Assembly: GCA_037968415.1 (NCBI GenBank)
Contig: JBBKVM010000002.1
Span: forward strand, 6,030-70,029
Length of the DNA: 64,000 nucleotides
Direction: 5' to 3'
DNA from: Bacteroidia bacterium
GTDB lineage: Bacteria; Bacteroidota; Bacteroidia; AKYH767-A; JBBKVM01
A program made the position numbers and the translations under genes. The notes beneath the pieces are model-generated. The model did not search any database. It was not told where the DNA came from and saw only the letters and a list, made by a program, of their open reading frames with translations. Numbering within the stretch: position 1 is the stretch's first letter; every line of letters starts with the position of its first letter. Below are positions 18,950 through 28,611 of the stretch, piece by piece.

Positions 18950-19134
18950 AATAATTGATTTTGCAAATTTAACATCACGTGCCAAATGTTAGTTGAAGTG
19001 GTATTTATGGTAATATAATTTTCATAGAAATTGCCCATGCTATTTTTAAAGCTGATCATCAATGATGCATTTCCGAGTTGTCCTAAAGCAACTTGGATTG
19101 AAAGAACAAAAACTAGTGAGATAATTAATTTCAT
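18946..19134 (-). pseudogene. 5' fragment duplicating the N-terminus of the 17978-18949 T9SS protein (probable gene remnant)
   Basis: The 62-aa ORF MKLIISLVFVLSIQVALGQLGNASLMISFKNSMGNFYENYITINTTSTNIW parallels ...AQISNTGLLISFEDNMGSFYEDYIKIDTSTNNIW of the adjacent gene and then terminates. Confidence 0.35.
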
Positions 19135-19275
19135 AATCCTATGATTTAATTACTTTAAAATCAACGGTTATTCCATTTTCATTTTACAAGGTACAGTTGA
19201 TGAATGAATAATCAAGTGGTTTTATTGCAGTCTCAAAAATTCAAAGATTTTTTTTGGTCGTATTGCCTTTCCGTT

Positions 19276-21741
19276 TCACTTCGCCACTGCCATGTGGGCC
19301 TCCCACAGCAGGGCTTGCTTGCTGTGGCCGGTAAATCGCAGTGCCCCCGCGCGTATGAGTATGATGAGCTGGTCGCGCGTGATGCCGGTGCGCGTTACAA
19401 AATCATCGAGCGACAGGTAGGGCCCTCCGCGCTCGCGCTCGTGCGGTATGGCCGCGGCCGCCCCGCTCTCCAGGTCTTTGATGTGGATGAAGCCCAGCCA
19501 GATGGTGGTGCCGCTGATGGTGGTGAGGTGCTCGCTATGGTTTACACACGGGTTCTCTATGTGCGCGCCCGCCAGCCGCGCCTCGTTTACATACACCCAT
19601 GTGGAATAAAAGCCGCCAAAGTTGTTGATCACCGCCACCATAAACTCCAGCGGATAGTGCGCCTTGAGGTACAGACTCTGATAGCTCTCCACGGCAAAAC
19701 TGGCCGAGTGCGCCTTGGAGAATGAGTACCCCGAAAAACTTTCTATCTGCCGCCACACCTCCTGCGCCAGCGTGTCGGAGTAGCCGCGGTCGCGGCAGTT
19801 GTCGAAAAACTTTTTGACGATGCGGTCGAGCTCGGCCCGCCCGCGAAACTTGCCGCTCATGGCCCTGCGCAGCACATCGGCCTCGCTCAGGTCGAGCCCC
19901 GCAAAATGGTGCGCCACCTTGATCACATCTTCCTGGTACACCATCACCCCGTAGGTTTCTTTGAGCAGCGCTTCCATCACCGGATGCAGGTATTCAAAAT
20001 CGTTGGGGTGATGAAAGCGGTGTATGTAGGCGCGCATCATACCGCTTTTGGCCACGCCCGGGCGGATAATGGAGCTGGCAGCCACCAGCGAAATATAGTT
20101 GTCGCAGCGCAGCTTCTTGAGCAGCCCGCGCATGGCAGGGCTCTCCACATAAAAACAACCGATGGTGTCGCCTTTGCGCAGTTGCTCGGCCACCTGCGGA
20201 TCTTGTTTGAAGCGGGGCACATCGTGTATGTCGATGCGGGTGCCGCGGTTGCGCTGTATGATGTTTACACTGTCTTGTATGTGTCCGATGCCGCGCTGGC
20301 TCAGTATGTCGAGTTTCTCGAAGCCTATCTCTTCGGCCACATACATATCAAACTGTGTGGTGGCAAAGCCTTTGGGCGGCATGTCGAGGGCGGTGTAGCT
20401 GAAGATGGGCTCTTCGCTCACCAGTATGCCGCCCGCGTGGATGCTGCGCAGGTTGGGATAGTCGGCTATGCGCTTGCCGAGCGAAAAAATATTGCGCGCT
20501 ATGTCGTCACATCTCTCTTCGGGAGGCGGGTTCTCCACCAGCGCGTCTATCTCTGTTTTGGGCAGGCCGTACACCTTGCCCAGCTCGCGGATGATGCTCT
20601 TGCCTTTGAAGGTGCTGTAGGTAGCCATAAGGGCGGTGTGGCTGCTGCCGTAGCGTTTGAACACGTAGTCGATAACCTGGTCGCGGTCGCGCCACGAGTA
20701 GTCGATGTCGAAGTCGGGCGGGCTGGTGCGCGCGGGGTTGATAAAGCGTTCGAAGTAGAGGTCGAGTTCGATGGGATCTACATCGGTGATGCGCAGGCAG
20801 TAGGCCACAATGCTGTTGGCTCCGCTGCCACGACCCACGTGGTAGAAGCCGCGCGACATGCTGTAGCGTATCACGTCCCAGGTGATGAGGAAGTACGCGA
20901 GAAAGCCAAGCCGGGTGATCACTTCCAGCTCGTGGGCGATGCGTTTCTGCGCCTCTTTGTTGCGCAGGCCGTAGCGGTATTCCATGCCTTCGTGCGCGAG
21001 TTTTTCGAGCAGCAGGCGGTCGTCATAGGCGTTGCCGGTAAATGTCTTTCTGTTTTTCACCACGCGGTAGTCGAAGTCGAAAGAGCAGTCGGCCGCGAGT
21101 TGCGAGGCGTTGGCAATCAGTTCGGGGTATGCCGCGCAGCGGGCGGCCAGCGCGGCCGGTGTGTGCACAACCTCGCCCGCATGGCATGTGGCCGTAGGCG
21201 GCAGCTTGCTCAGCACCACATTGTGATCGATGGCGCGCAGCAGGCGGTGCACCTGCATGTCGGTCGGCTGGGCGAGCGTAACGGGCTGCATGAGCACCAT
21301 GCGCTGTCGCTGGCGGGCGGTGGTGGTGGCCAGCCGCGAGAGTGCCGCCAGCGGCACGCCTATGTATTCGTTGTCGCGCAGCGGATGGGTGGTGCCCAGC
21401 GGATACACCACGTGCACATGGTCGAAAACAGGCGCGCGCGCGGGCAACGCCTGTGCGGCTATATGATAGTGCGACACAAAAGCGTTGATCTCGGCAAAGC
21501 CGCGGTTGTTGCGCGCCAGGCACGTGTACAGCAATGTGTCGCCATGCCTTATCTCCATGCCCGCCACGGGGGTGATGCCCGCGGTGCGGCAGGCTTTTAC
21601 AAAATCGAACGTGCCCGACACATTGTTGATGTCGGTGAGGGCAAGCACCTGCGCGCCCGCGGCAGAGGCCTGCTGCACGAGCGCCTCTACAGGCAGGGTG
21701 CCGTAGCGCAGGCTGTAATAGGAATGGCAGTTGAGGTACAT
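19276..21741 (-). pseudogene. dnaE2: N-terminal 821-aa fragment of DnaE2/ImuC-like error-prone DNA polymerase (PHP domain through HhH); truncated by insertion
   Basis: MYLNCHSYYSLRYGTLPVEALV (PHP start), then the pol III alpha palm/fingers core, ending in the HhH-like segment ...GGPYLSLDDFVTRTGITRDQLIILIRAGALRFTGHSKQALLWEAHMAVAK and a stop. Composition is visibly GC-rich and changes abruptly to AT-rich at 19275. The continuation is at 12265-12738. Confidence 0.65.
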
Positions 21742-21754
21742 CGTTAAAAAAAGT

Positions 21755-21766
21755 AATGACGATTAT
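21755..21766. promoter_or_regulatory. candidate SOS operator motif AATGACGATTAT within the palindrome TAATGA-N11-TCATTA (dnaE2 / DnaJ-protein divergent promoter region)
   Basis: The 12-mer matches 11 of 12 positions with the reverse complement of 34024-34035 in the lexA-like/dinB intergenic region. A 22-nt extended alignment has about 16 of 22 identities. Confidence 0.3.
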
Positions 21767-21869
21767 TTCATCATTAACAGGACGAATAAGTTAGCAACAT
21801 AAATCATAAAAACCGCAAAAAAGTTGCGGCCAATATGTACTTTTAAGACACACAGGCAGTTGTAAAACC

Positions 21870-22676
21870 ATGGCCGATCGGCATTATCACATATTGGGCA
21901 TACCACCGGGCGCAGGCAAAACAGAAATACGCAAGGCGTATCGCAGAAAAGTGTTGCTGCTGCACCCCGACCGCAACCCGTCACCGGCAGCGCGCGAAGA
22001 GTTTTTGCGTGTGCGCGAGGCCTATGATGCGTTGATGGAAAGAGGCGCGCAGCCCGTGCGCCCAGCGCCAAGGCCCGATGCCAAACCCTATCCGAAATAT
22101 TCGCGCCAGGCCAACGACCCGTTTTACAAAGCACGGTGGCAGGAGTACCGCAGACAACAACAGGCCAGACGTGCAGAAGAAGAAATAGAAAACACAAGCC
22201 TCTACTCTTTTCTGGTGTACACGGCCCGCGCGGTGGCCATTGCAGGTACGGCCTTGTGCCTGGCACTGCTGGCCGATTTTGTGTTGCCTGCACATACACA
22301 AGAGCAAACCATACTCAACCGAAATATTGAGATAGTGCAACAGCGAAGCATCGCAATTGAAAACAGAAGAATACATACCGAACGCTATCAAATACCGGTG
22401 CAGCGTGAAATGTTTTTCCTAATAGCCGAAGGCGACAAAATTACGGTGCAGGCAAGCCCGTTGTTTGAAATTCCGAGGCGGATGACGTACACAGGAACAG
22501 AGTTCAAGCCCGCTTATGGAATCTTCTCAAACTTCGCCATGTTTGCCATTGCATTATTTGCATTGTCGCTTGCCGGCTTGTGGTCATGGAAGCGCAAAGG
22601 CGATTTGCTGATCAATAGTTTTTTCAATCTGGCGCTGCTGATTATCGTGCTGTTTATCATGAATGCTTCGCATTGA
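21870..22676 (+). CDS. DnaJ (J-domain) membrane protein
   Basis: N-terminal J domain (YHILGIPPGAGKTEIRKAYRRKVLLLHPDRNPS...EEFLRVREAYDAL with HPD), a basic linker, then three to four predicted TM helices. The 5' half is GC-rich. Confidence 0.6.
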   Translation: MADRHYHILGIPPGAGKTEIRKAYRRKVLLLHPDRNPSPAAREEFLRVREAYDALMERGAQPVRPAPRPDAKPYPKYSRQANDPFYKARWQEYRRQQQARRAEEEIENTSLYSFLVYTARAVAIAGTALCLALLADFVLPAHTQEQTILNRNIEIVQQRSIAIENRRIHTERYQIPVQREMFFLIAEGDKITVQASPLFEIPRRMTYTGTEFKPAYGIFSNFAMFAIALFALSLAGLWSWKRKGDLLINSFFNLALLIIVLFIMNASH

Positions 22677-22736
22677 AGTACGAAACAAATCCATTTCGAA
22701 AATTAAGCTACTTTAGACTAACCAAAAACAACGACT

Positions 22737-25400
22737 ATGAAAAAACAAATCTACTTATTGCTTTTTTGCACCATCGCGATGATGAGTGCGTCAGCCCAAA
22801 ATAGTCTCACTGGAAAAATAACAGATGAACAAGGGGAAACCCTTATTGGTGTTACCATTTATGAAAAAGGCACCACCAACGGAACTACCTCCGATTTCAA
22901 TGGTAACTACAATTTAAAGTACTCAAAAACCAATGCGCTAATTGTATTCAGTTACGTAGGCTTCACCACACATGAAGTAAATGCGAATGGCAGAACTACG
23001 CTTGACATGGTGATGAAACAAGGTTTGGATTTAAATGCGGTGGAGATAGTGGGCTCGCGCAGACTCAACCGCACCGCAACTGAAACCACCGTACCGGTAG
23101 ACATCATTGATGTTTCAAAAGTGACCAGTACCACCGGAATGGTAGAGATAAATCAACTGCTGCAATATGCTGCACCCTCTTTCAACTCCAACAAACAATC
23201 GGGTGCCGATGGTGCTGACCACATAGACCCTGCAACTCTACGCGGACTGGGTCCTGATCAAACTTTGGTTCTTATAAATGGCAAGCGAAGACATCAATCC
23301 TCGTTGATTAATATTTTCGGATCACGTGGTCGTGGTAACACAGGCACTGATCTAAATACCATCCCTGCATCTTCAATAGAACGCATTGAGATTTTACGCG
23401 ATGGTGCTTCTGCACAATACGGTTCAGATGCTATTGCTGGCGTAATCAACATTGTGTTGAAATCAAACGTGAATGAATTCACCGGAAGTTTCTCTACCGG
23501 AACATTCAACGCAAAGCCACCTTCGGATGTGAATGTATTGAGTACCGAAGATTACGATGGAGGCACGGTGCAGGTAAATGGAAATTACGGTGTCAAAATC
23601 AAAGACGATGGGTATCTGAATCTGACCATGGATTACCAGGATAAGCAGCATACTAACAGGCCATCGGACCCTACAAAATTTGATATATACCGCAACCAGT
23701 TTGGCGATGCAGCGCAAGAAAATTTTGGTGCTTACTTCAATTCTGAGTTTAGTGCGGGAAGCAATGCAAGGGTTTATGCCTTTGGGGGATTCAACCATCG
23801 ATTTACAGACGCATACGCATGGACGCGTGTGCCTGATGAAGAAAGAAATGTGATTGAAATATATCCTAATGGTTTCGATCCAAAAATTCAATCTGTGATA
23901 AATGATAAATCTGTTTCAACGGGTATAAAGTCACAGATAAATAAATGGAACATGGATTTCAACAATACATTTGGAAGCAATCGTTTTCATTTTATAGTTG
24001 ACAACACATTGAATGCAACGCTGCTCGCCAATTCTCCTACACGATTTGATGCAGGAGGGTTTGAATTGTCGCAAAACACCACGGGCATGAACATGTCAAG
24101 ACTATACAACAGTTTTTGCAGCGGACTTAACCTGGCCATGGGTGCCGAATACCGTGTAGAAAACTATAGCATTTTTGCCGGTGAAGAAGGTTCTTATCAG
24201 AACTATGGTCCGGTGTATTTTGTGTATGATTTGTTTGATGATGATGGAAACGTTGTTGGACAGGATTCTACTTTACGTCCGGGCGGATCGCAGGGTTTCC
24301 CGGGGTTTCAACCTTCCAACGAACTAGATGAATCAAGAACCAATCTTGGAATTTACGCAGATGCTGAACTGGATGTAACGCAAGCTTTTGTAGTAAGTGC
24401 GGCAGGCCGGTTTGAAAGATACAGCGACTTTGGAAACACAGTGAATGGTAAATTAGCAGCGCGTTACAAAATCACATCAGCTGTTTCTATAAGAGCAGCA
24501 GCAAGTTCCGGATTCCGCGCGCCTTCATTGGCACAACTATACTACAATACCACATTTACCGATTTTGTTGCCGGAGTGCCAATAGACAAAATCATAGCAA
24601 AAAATAACAGCCCCATTACGCGCGCGCTGGGCATACCCGAACTGAAAGAAGAAAATTCTGTAAACATAAGCGGTGGTATCGCAGCAAATTACAAAGCATT
24701 CACAATTACCCTGGATGGATACTCAGTCAAAATAGAAGACAGGATAGTGTTGACAGGTGCCTTTACTGATGATGATCCGGATATTGGAGCAGAGCTGCAG
24801 CAGCTGAATGTAGGAGCTGCACAATTTTTTACCAACGCGGTGAATACCACCACCACCGGTGTAGACGCTATACTCAGTTATTCATTATGGCTTGCCGGCA
24901 AACACAATCTAAAATTTACGCTTGCAGGTAATTTTAATGAAATGAAAATTGATAAAATATATACCAACAAAAAACTCGAAGGCAAAGAAGGAACGTATTT
25001 TGGAGTTCGCGAACAGTATTTCTTGTTAGCCTCTGCGCCCAAAAGCAAAATGACTTTCGGAGTGGAATATGGATACAGTAATTTTGTGGGCTCGCTCAGA
25101 TTTACTCAGTTTGGTAAAGTTGAACTCATCAACTTCAATGACGATGGGGATGATGTGATCACTGTAAGTGATGATCCGTTTACCAATGAGTTGGATGTGT
25201 ACGACCCCAAAGTAACCACCGACTTATCTATTGGATATAAGTTTAAAAACGCACAACTAACTATTGGTGGCAACAACGTCCTCAATACGTATCCCGATCA
25301 ACAAGATCCCGCCCTTACCGAGTCTGGCGGGTTGTGGGATGCGGCACAAATGGGTTTTTCAGGAGCCTATTATTATACCCGACTTTCGTTTAAGTTTTAA
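22737..25400 (+). CDS. TonB-dependent outer-membrane receptor (CarbopepD_reg N-domain + plug + barrel)
   Basis: Signal peptide, a carboxypeptidase-regulatory-like N-domain (SLTGKITDEQGETLIGVTIYEKGT..TSDFNGNYNL) and a plug with DHIDPATLRGLGPDQTLVLINGKRR...IERIEILRDGASAQYGSDAIAGVINIVLK. The barrel ends in an aromatic residue (SFKF). No SusD-like partner follows it. Confidence 0.8.
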   Translation: MKKQIYLLLFCTIAMMSASAQNSLTGKITDEQGETLIGVTIYEKGTTNGTTSDFNGNYNLKYSKTNALIVFSYVGFTTHEVNANGRTTLDMVMKQGLDLNAVEIVGSRRLNRTATETTVPVDIIDVSKVTSTTGMVEINQLLQYAAPSFNSNKQSGADGADHIDPATLRGLGPDQTLVLINGKRRHQSSLINIFGSRGRGNTGTDLNTIPASSIERIEILRDGASAQYGSDAIAGVINIVLKSNVNEFTGSFSTGTFNAKPPSDVNVLSTEDYDGGTVQVNGNYGVKIKDDGYLNLTMDYQDKQHTNRPSDPTKFDIYRNQFGDAAQENFGAYFNSEFSAGSNARVYAFGGFNHRFTDAYAWTRVPDEERNVIEIYPNGFDPKIQSVINDKSVSTGIKSQINKWNMDFNNTFGSNRFHFIVDNTLNATLLANSPTRFDAGGFELSQNTTGMNMSRLYNSFCSGLNLAMGAEYRVENYSIFAGEEGSYQNYGPVYFVYDLFDDDGNVVGQDSTLRPGGSQGFPGFQPSNELDESRTNLGIYADAELDVTQAFVVSAAGRFERYSDFGNTVNGKLAARYKITSAVSIRAAASSGFRAPSLAQLYYNTTFTDFVAGVPIDKIIAKNNSPITRALGIPELKEENSVNISGGIAANYKAFTITLDGYSVKIEDRIVLTGAFTDDDPDIGAELQQLNVGAAQFFTNAVNTTTTGVDAILSYSLWLAGKHNLKFTLAGNFNEMKIDKIYTNKKLEGKEGTYFGVREQYFLLASAPKSKMTFGVEYGYSNFVGSLRFTQFGKVELINFNDDGDDVITVSDDPFTNELDVYDPKVTTDLSIGYKFKNAQLTIGGNNVLNTYPDQQDPALTESGGLWDAAQMGFSGAYYYTRLSFKF

Positions 25401-25413
25401 AAGTTAATGATTT

Positions 25414-25452
25414 AAAAAAGACCGCCCCCATAGCTATGGAGGCGGTCTTTCA
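25414..25452. terminator. bidirectional intrinsic terminator between convergent genes
   Basis: aaaaaAGACCGCCcccatagctatggaGGCGGTCTtt: an 8-bp GC-rich stem flanked by an A-run and a short T-run. It lies between the TonB receptor stop and the stop of the 25481-26425 (-) gene. Confidence 0.45.
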
Positions 25453-25480
25453 ATTAACACTAAAACAACAAAGCAATAGA

Positions 25481-26425
25481 TTATTTGCGGGCAAAGGCGT
25501 TGATGTGCAGCGCAAAATCTTTGGCCACCAGCGCGGATCCTGTGAGAGCGGGACTGCTGTAGCATACATCAATGCCCATAGAAACAGAGGGCGAATTCAC
25601 ACTGTCGCACGCACCAATTTTTGAAAGAAAACTGTGTGCCTCAATCTTAAAATCATCGGCATCGAGTTTGGTTTCTGTGGGCTGTGAGTACGCCACGCTC
25701 AGCGCCAGACTGCGAATCAGTTTGTCGTAGATGTCGGCAAATGCCTCTGTGTCGGCAACCAAATCAATACTGGATGCTTTGCCGTTGATGATTGACAGCA
25801 GCCCCTTTTGCCCATAGGTCATTTTGAAGAACGTAGCATACTCTTCGAGGGTGTGGCGTTGGCTGTGAAACACATCTTTCATCGACTCGGTGCGCGAACG
25901 CTCACCGGGAGCCATGCTGCAATTCATCTCCTCAATAGAACTCCACACCTTCATTTGATCGGCTTCAAAATCGTTGCGTTCCATACGCATCGAACGGTCT
26001 ACCAAATCAGCACTCTTATCCGCGCGCAGGCGGTGCTCGGCAATATTGCCTGAGTCATCAAACTTGTCGGAATTATAATTCCAACGACCACGCTCGGTGC
26101 AACTCACAGGCACTTCGGTTACCTGCATTGGCTCCAGCAAAACGGTCACATTTACAATTCTGTTTTGTTTGGCACCCGACAACTCTTCACCATCCACTAT
26201 CAATAGTGGCAACTCACACTTATTCTTCACCAAAAGCTTCCCCACCACCCCCGACTCACTTACTTCCGTGATCTCCGCCAACCCCTTCTGCAATGCCCTT
26301 CGCAAGGTTATAAACCCAAATGGCGCCTTCTCCACTGTCATCAGCGGCACTATGGTTAATCCCCCCATAGTCTTTACATCTCCCATACTCAATGTGTTAA
26401 TCAAACTCGTTACTGCGTTGTTCAT
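25481..26425 (-). CDS. hypothetical cytoplasmic protein (no family recognised)
   Basis: 314 aa with no signal peptide. It is divergent from the DUF4139 gene across a roughly 420-nt intergenic region. Confidence 0.5.
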   Translation of the reverse strand: MNNAVTSLINTLSMGDVKTMGGLTIVPLMTVEKAPFGFITLRRALQKGLAEITEVSESGVVGKLLVKNKCELPLLIVDGEELSGAKQNRIVNVTVLLEPMQVTEVPVSCTERGRWNYNSDKFDDSGNIAEHRLRADKSADLVDRSMRMERNDFEADQMKVWSSIEEMNCSMAPGERSRTESMKDVFHSQRHTLEEYATFFKMTYGQKGLLSIINGKASSIDLVADTEAFADIYDKLIRSLALSVAYSQPTETKLDADDFKIEAHSFLSKIGACDSVNSPSVSMGIDVCYSSPALTGSALVAKDFALHINAFARK

Positions 26426-26842
26426 GATTTTTTTGGTTTTTAACTGTTAGAAATGAACTGAATACAAATTTATACTCCCACTGCGCAGCCTATCTGCGCA
26501 GCGTTTTTTACTTTCCTATAATATACGAAACACCCATAATCGCCTGAAAGTCAGTGGTTTCTATGTTGCAAAAAAGAGTGTCATTTAAACAACCCTCATT
26601 ACCAACACGTTACAAACAGAAAAACGGCATCTTAGAATTGCAAAACCGCAGTTCAGCGAAAAAAATAATTTCAAAAAAGTGAAATAGTTATCAACAGGCG
26701 GAACAGTGAACGATTTCAATAACTGCAGCCAATTCTCAAAGCTGAATAACCCCAAGCACGGAATTGATAATTTTGTGGAAATGGATGATGCGTTGCATCT
26801 AACCGAAAATGCATTTTAAACGCACACAAATAAATCTACAAC

Positions 26843-28495
26843 ATGAACTTACCAACAAACACTTTTTCGAAATGGGTGAACCAGATTATGCTTCTCCCCG
26901 CCCTCCTACTCATCACTTTCTCTGCAGCGCATGGCGATGACGAAACCAAACTTGGCAACACTACCGTCAAAGACATTGTAATCTACCGATCGCAAGCCAT
27001 GGTTACCCGTACCGTTGAATTCAATCACAAAGCCGGAGAAACTATCTACATCATTGAAGGCTTGTCGTCCAAACTGATAGCCAACAGTATAGAAGTACGG
27101 GGCAAAGGCGATTACGTAATTCTGTCGGTGAGTACTCAACTCAATTATCTTGAGCCCACACCCAAATCGCGCCAGCAAATACAACTGGAAGATTCGCTAG
27201 AGATGTTTAAAAAAGACCAGGATCAACTGGCCAACCGCAAGGCAGCCTATAATGATGAGGTGGCACTACTGCAAGCCAACAAAAACATTGGCGGGGCCAA
27301 TGTAGGGATTAAAACAGAAGAGCTAATCAAAATGGCCGACTTGTTCAGAACACGGCTCTTTGATCTGAAGGAAAAAATTACCGACATCAATAACAAAGAA
27401 AAAAAATTGAATGAGCGTGTAAAGCAAATCAACAACCAATTGAAAGAAATAAAGAAAGTGGATCAACCTACAAGCCGCATTTTTGTGACCACCATAGCCA
27501 AAGGCGCGGGGCGCGGGCAGTTTGAGATAAACTATCTGGTAAACAATGCCGGATGGGAACCACTCTACAATTTGCGTTCGGCCGGCACCACCAGCAAAAT
27601 CACACTGGAAATGCGTGCGCAGGTGTATCAGCAAACGGGCGAAAAGTGGGACAAGATCAATCTAAAATTATCGACTGGTCAGCCCAGCCTTGGCGCAATC
27701 AAGCCGGTGTTGAATCCGTGGTACATTTCTTTCAGCAGACCTATGCCGCGTGTGCACACGCTCAAGTCGATGGAGATAACGACCTCGGGAAAGAAACGCG
27801 AAAATGATGAAATGATGCAGGATGCATCAGCATACCAATTATCTACTGCAGAAAGTTCAGGTTCATACACCGTGGCCACCGACCAAACTTTGCAAACCGA
27901 ATTTGAAGTGAAACTACCCTACTCCATTCCTTCAGACGGAAATAAATACACCATCGATTTGCAAACCAATGACCTCCCTGCCTCTTACACCTACAGCGCA
28001 GTACCCAAACTGGATAAAGATGCATTCTTAACTGCGGCCATCACCGGGTGGGAAGACATGAATCTGGTGGCAGGCAAAATGAGCATATTCTTTGAAGGCT
28101 CTTTTGTGGGTGAGTCATTTATTGATCCCGCTTCGGTACTTGATACTCTGAATGTTTCGTTGGGCCGCGACAAGCGCATTGTGATTAAGCGAACTTTACT
28201 TCGCGAAAAGAGCGGAAATCAGTTTTTGGGAGGCAACCGTGTGGTGGATCGCAAATATGAGATAGTGATTAAAAACACACGAAAGGAAAAAATAGAATTG
28301 GTGCTGGAAGATCAAATACCTGTTTCGCGCGTGAAAGAAATTGAAATAAAAGACACCGATCTGAACGGGGGCGAACTAAACGCTGATACAGGCATTGTAA
28401 CTTGGAAATTGAATATAAATCCTGGCGATACCGAGAAAAAAACATTGGGTTTTGCTGTCAAATACCCAAAAGACAAAATAATTATTGGCCTGTAA
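26843..28495 (+). CDS. DUF4139 (MuiA-like) family protein with coiled-coil centre
   Basis: Signal/anchor segment, an N-terminal beta-rich region, a long coiled-coil (LEDSLEMFKKDQDQLANRKAAYNDEVALLQANK...NNKEKKLNERVKQINNQLKEIKK) and a C-terminal domain. The architecture resembles TIGR02231/DUF4140+DUF4139 proteins; this assignment comes from memory of that family, not from a search. Confidence 0.45.
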   Translation: MNLPTNTFSKWVNQIMLLPALLLITFSAAHGDDETKLGNTTVKDIVIYRSQAMVTRTVEFNHKAGETIYIIEGLSSKLIANSIEVRGKGDYVILSVSTQLNYLEPTPKSRQQIQLEDSLEMFKKDQDQLANRKAAYNDEVALLQANKNIGGANVGIKTEELIKMADLFRTRLFDLKEKITDINNKEKKLNERVKQINNQLKEIKKVDQPTSRIFVTTIAKGAGRGQFEINYLVNNAGWEPLYNLRSAGTTSKITLEMRAQVYQQTGEKWDKINLKLSTGQPSLGAIKPVLNPWYISFSRPMPRVHTLKSMEITTSGKKRENDEMMQDASAYQLSTAESSGSYTVATDQTLQTEFEVKLPYSIPSDGNKYTIDLQTNDLPASYTYSAVPKLDKDAFLTAAITGWEDMNLVAGKMSIFFEGSFVGESFIDPASVLDTLNVSLGRDKRIVIKRTLLREKSGNQFLGGNRVVDRKYEIVIKNTRKEKIELVLEDQIPVSRVKEIEIKDTDLNGGELNADTGIVTWKLNINPGDTEKKTLGFAVKYPKDKIIIGL

Positions 28496-28611
28496 CACGC
28501 CATAGCAAAGGACAATAGCATTAATTGTTGTTGGTACAATTATTGTTATTATTATACACTGTCACGCAAGTGGCAGTGTATTTTTTTTAACTCCTCAACT
28601 AATAAATAATC

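Noticed and set aside
19906-21747. 613-aa + strand ORF antisense to the dnaE2 fragment, plus the smaller antisense ORFs at 20037-21706, 33041-34003 and 12412-12786
   Set aside because: They lie entirely inside visibly GC-rich coding sequence on the opposite strand. The translations are low-complexity and rich in Arg, Ala, Gly and His, with no domain signatures. This is the typical stop-codon-poor antisense artefact of high-GC genes.
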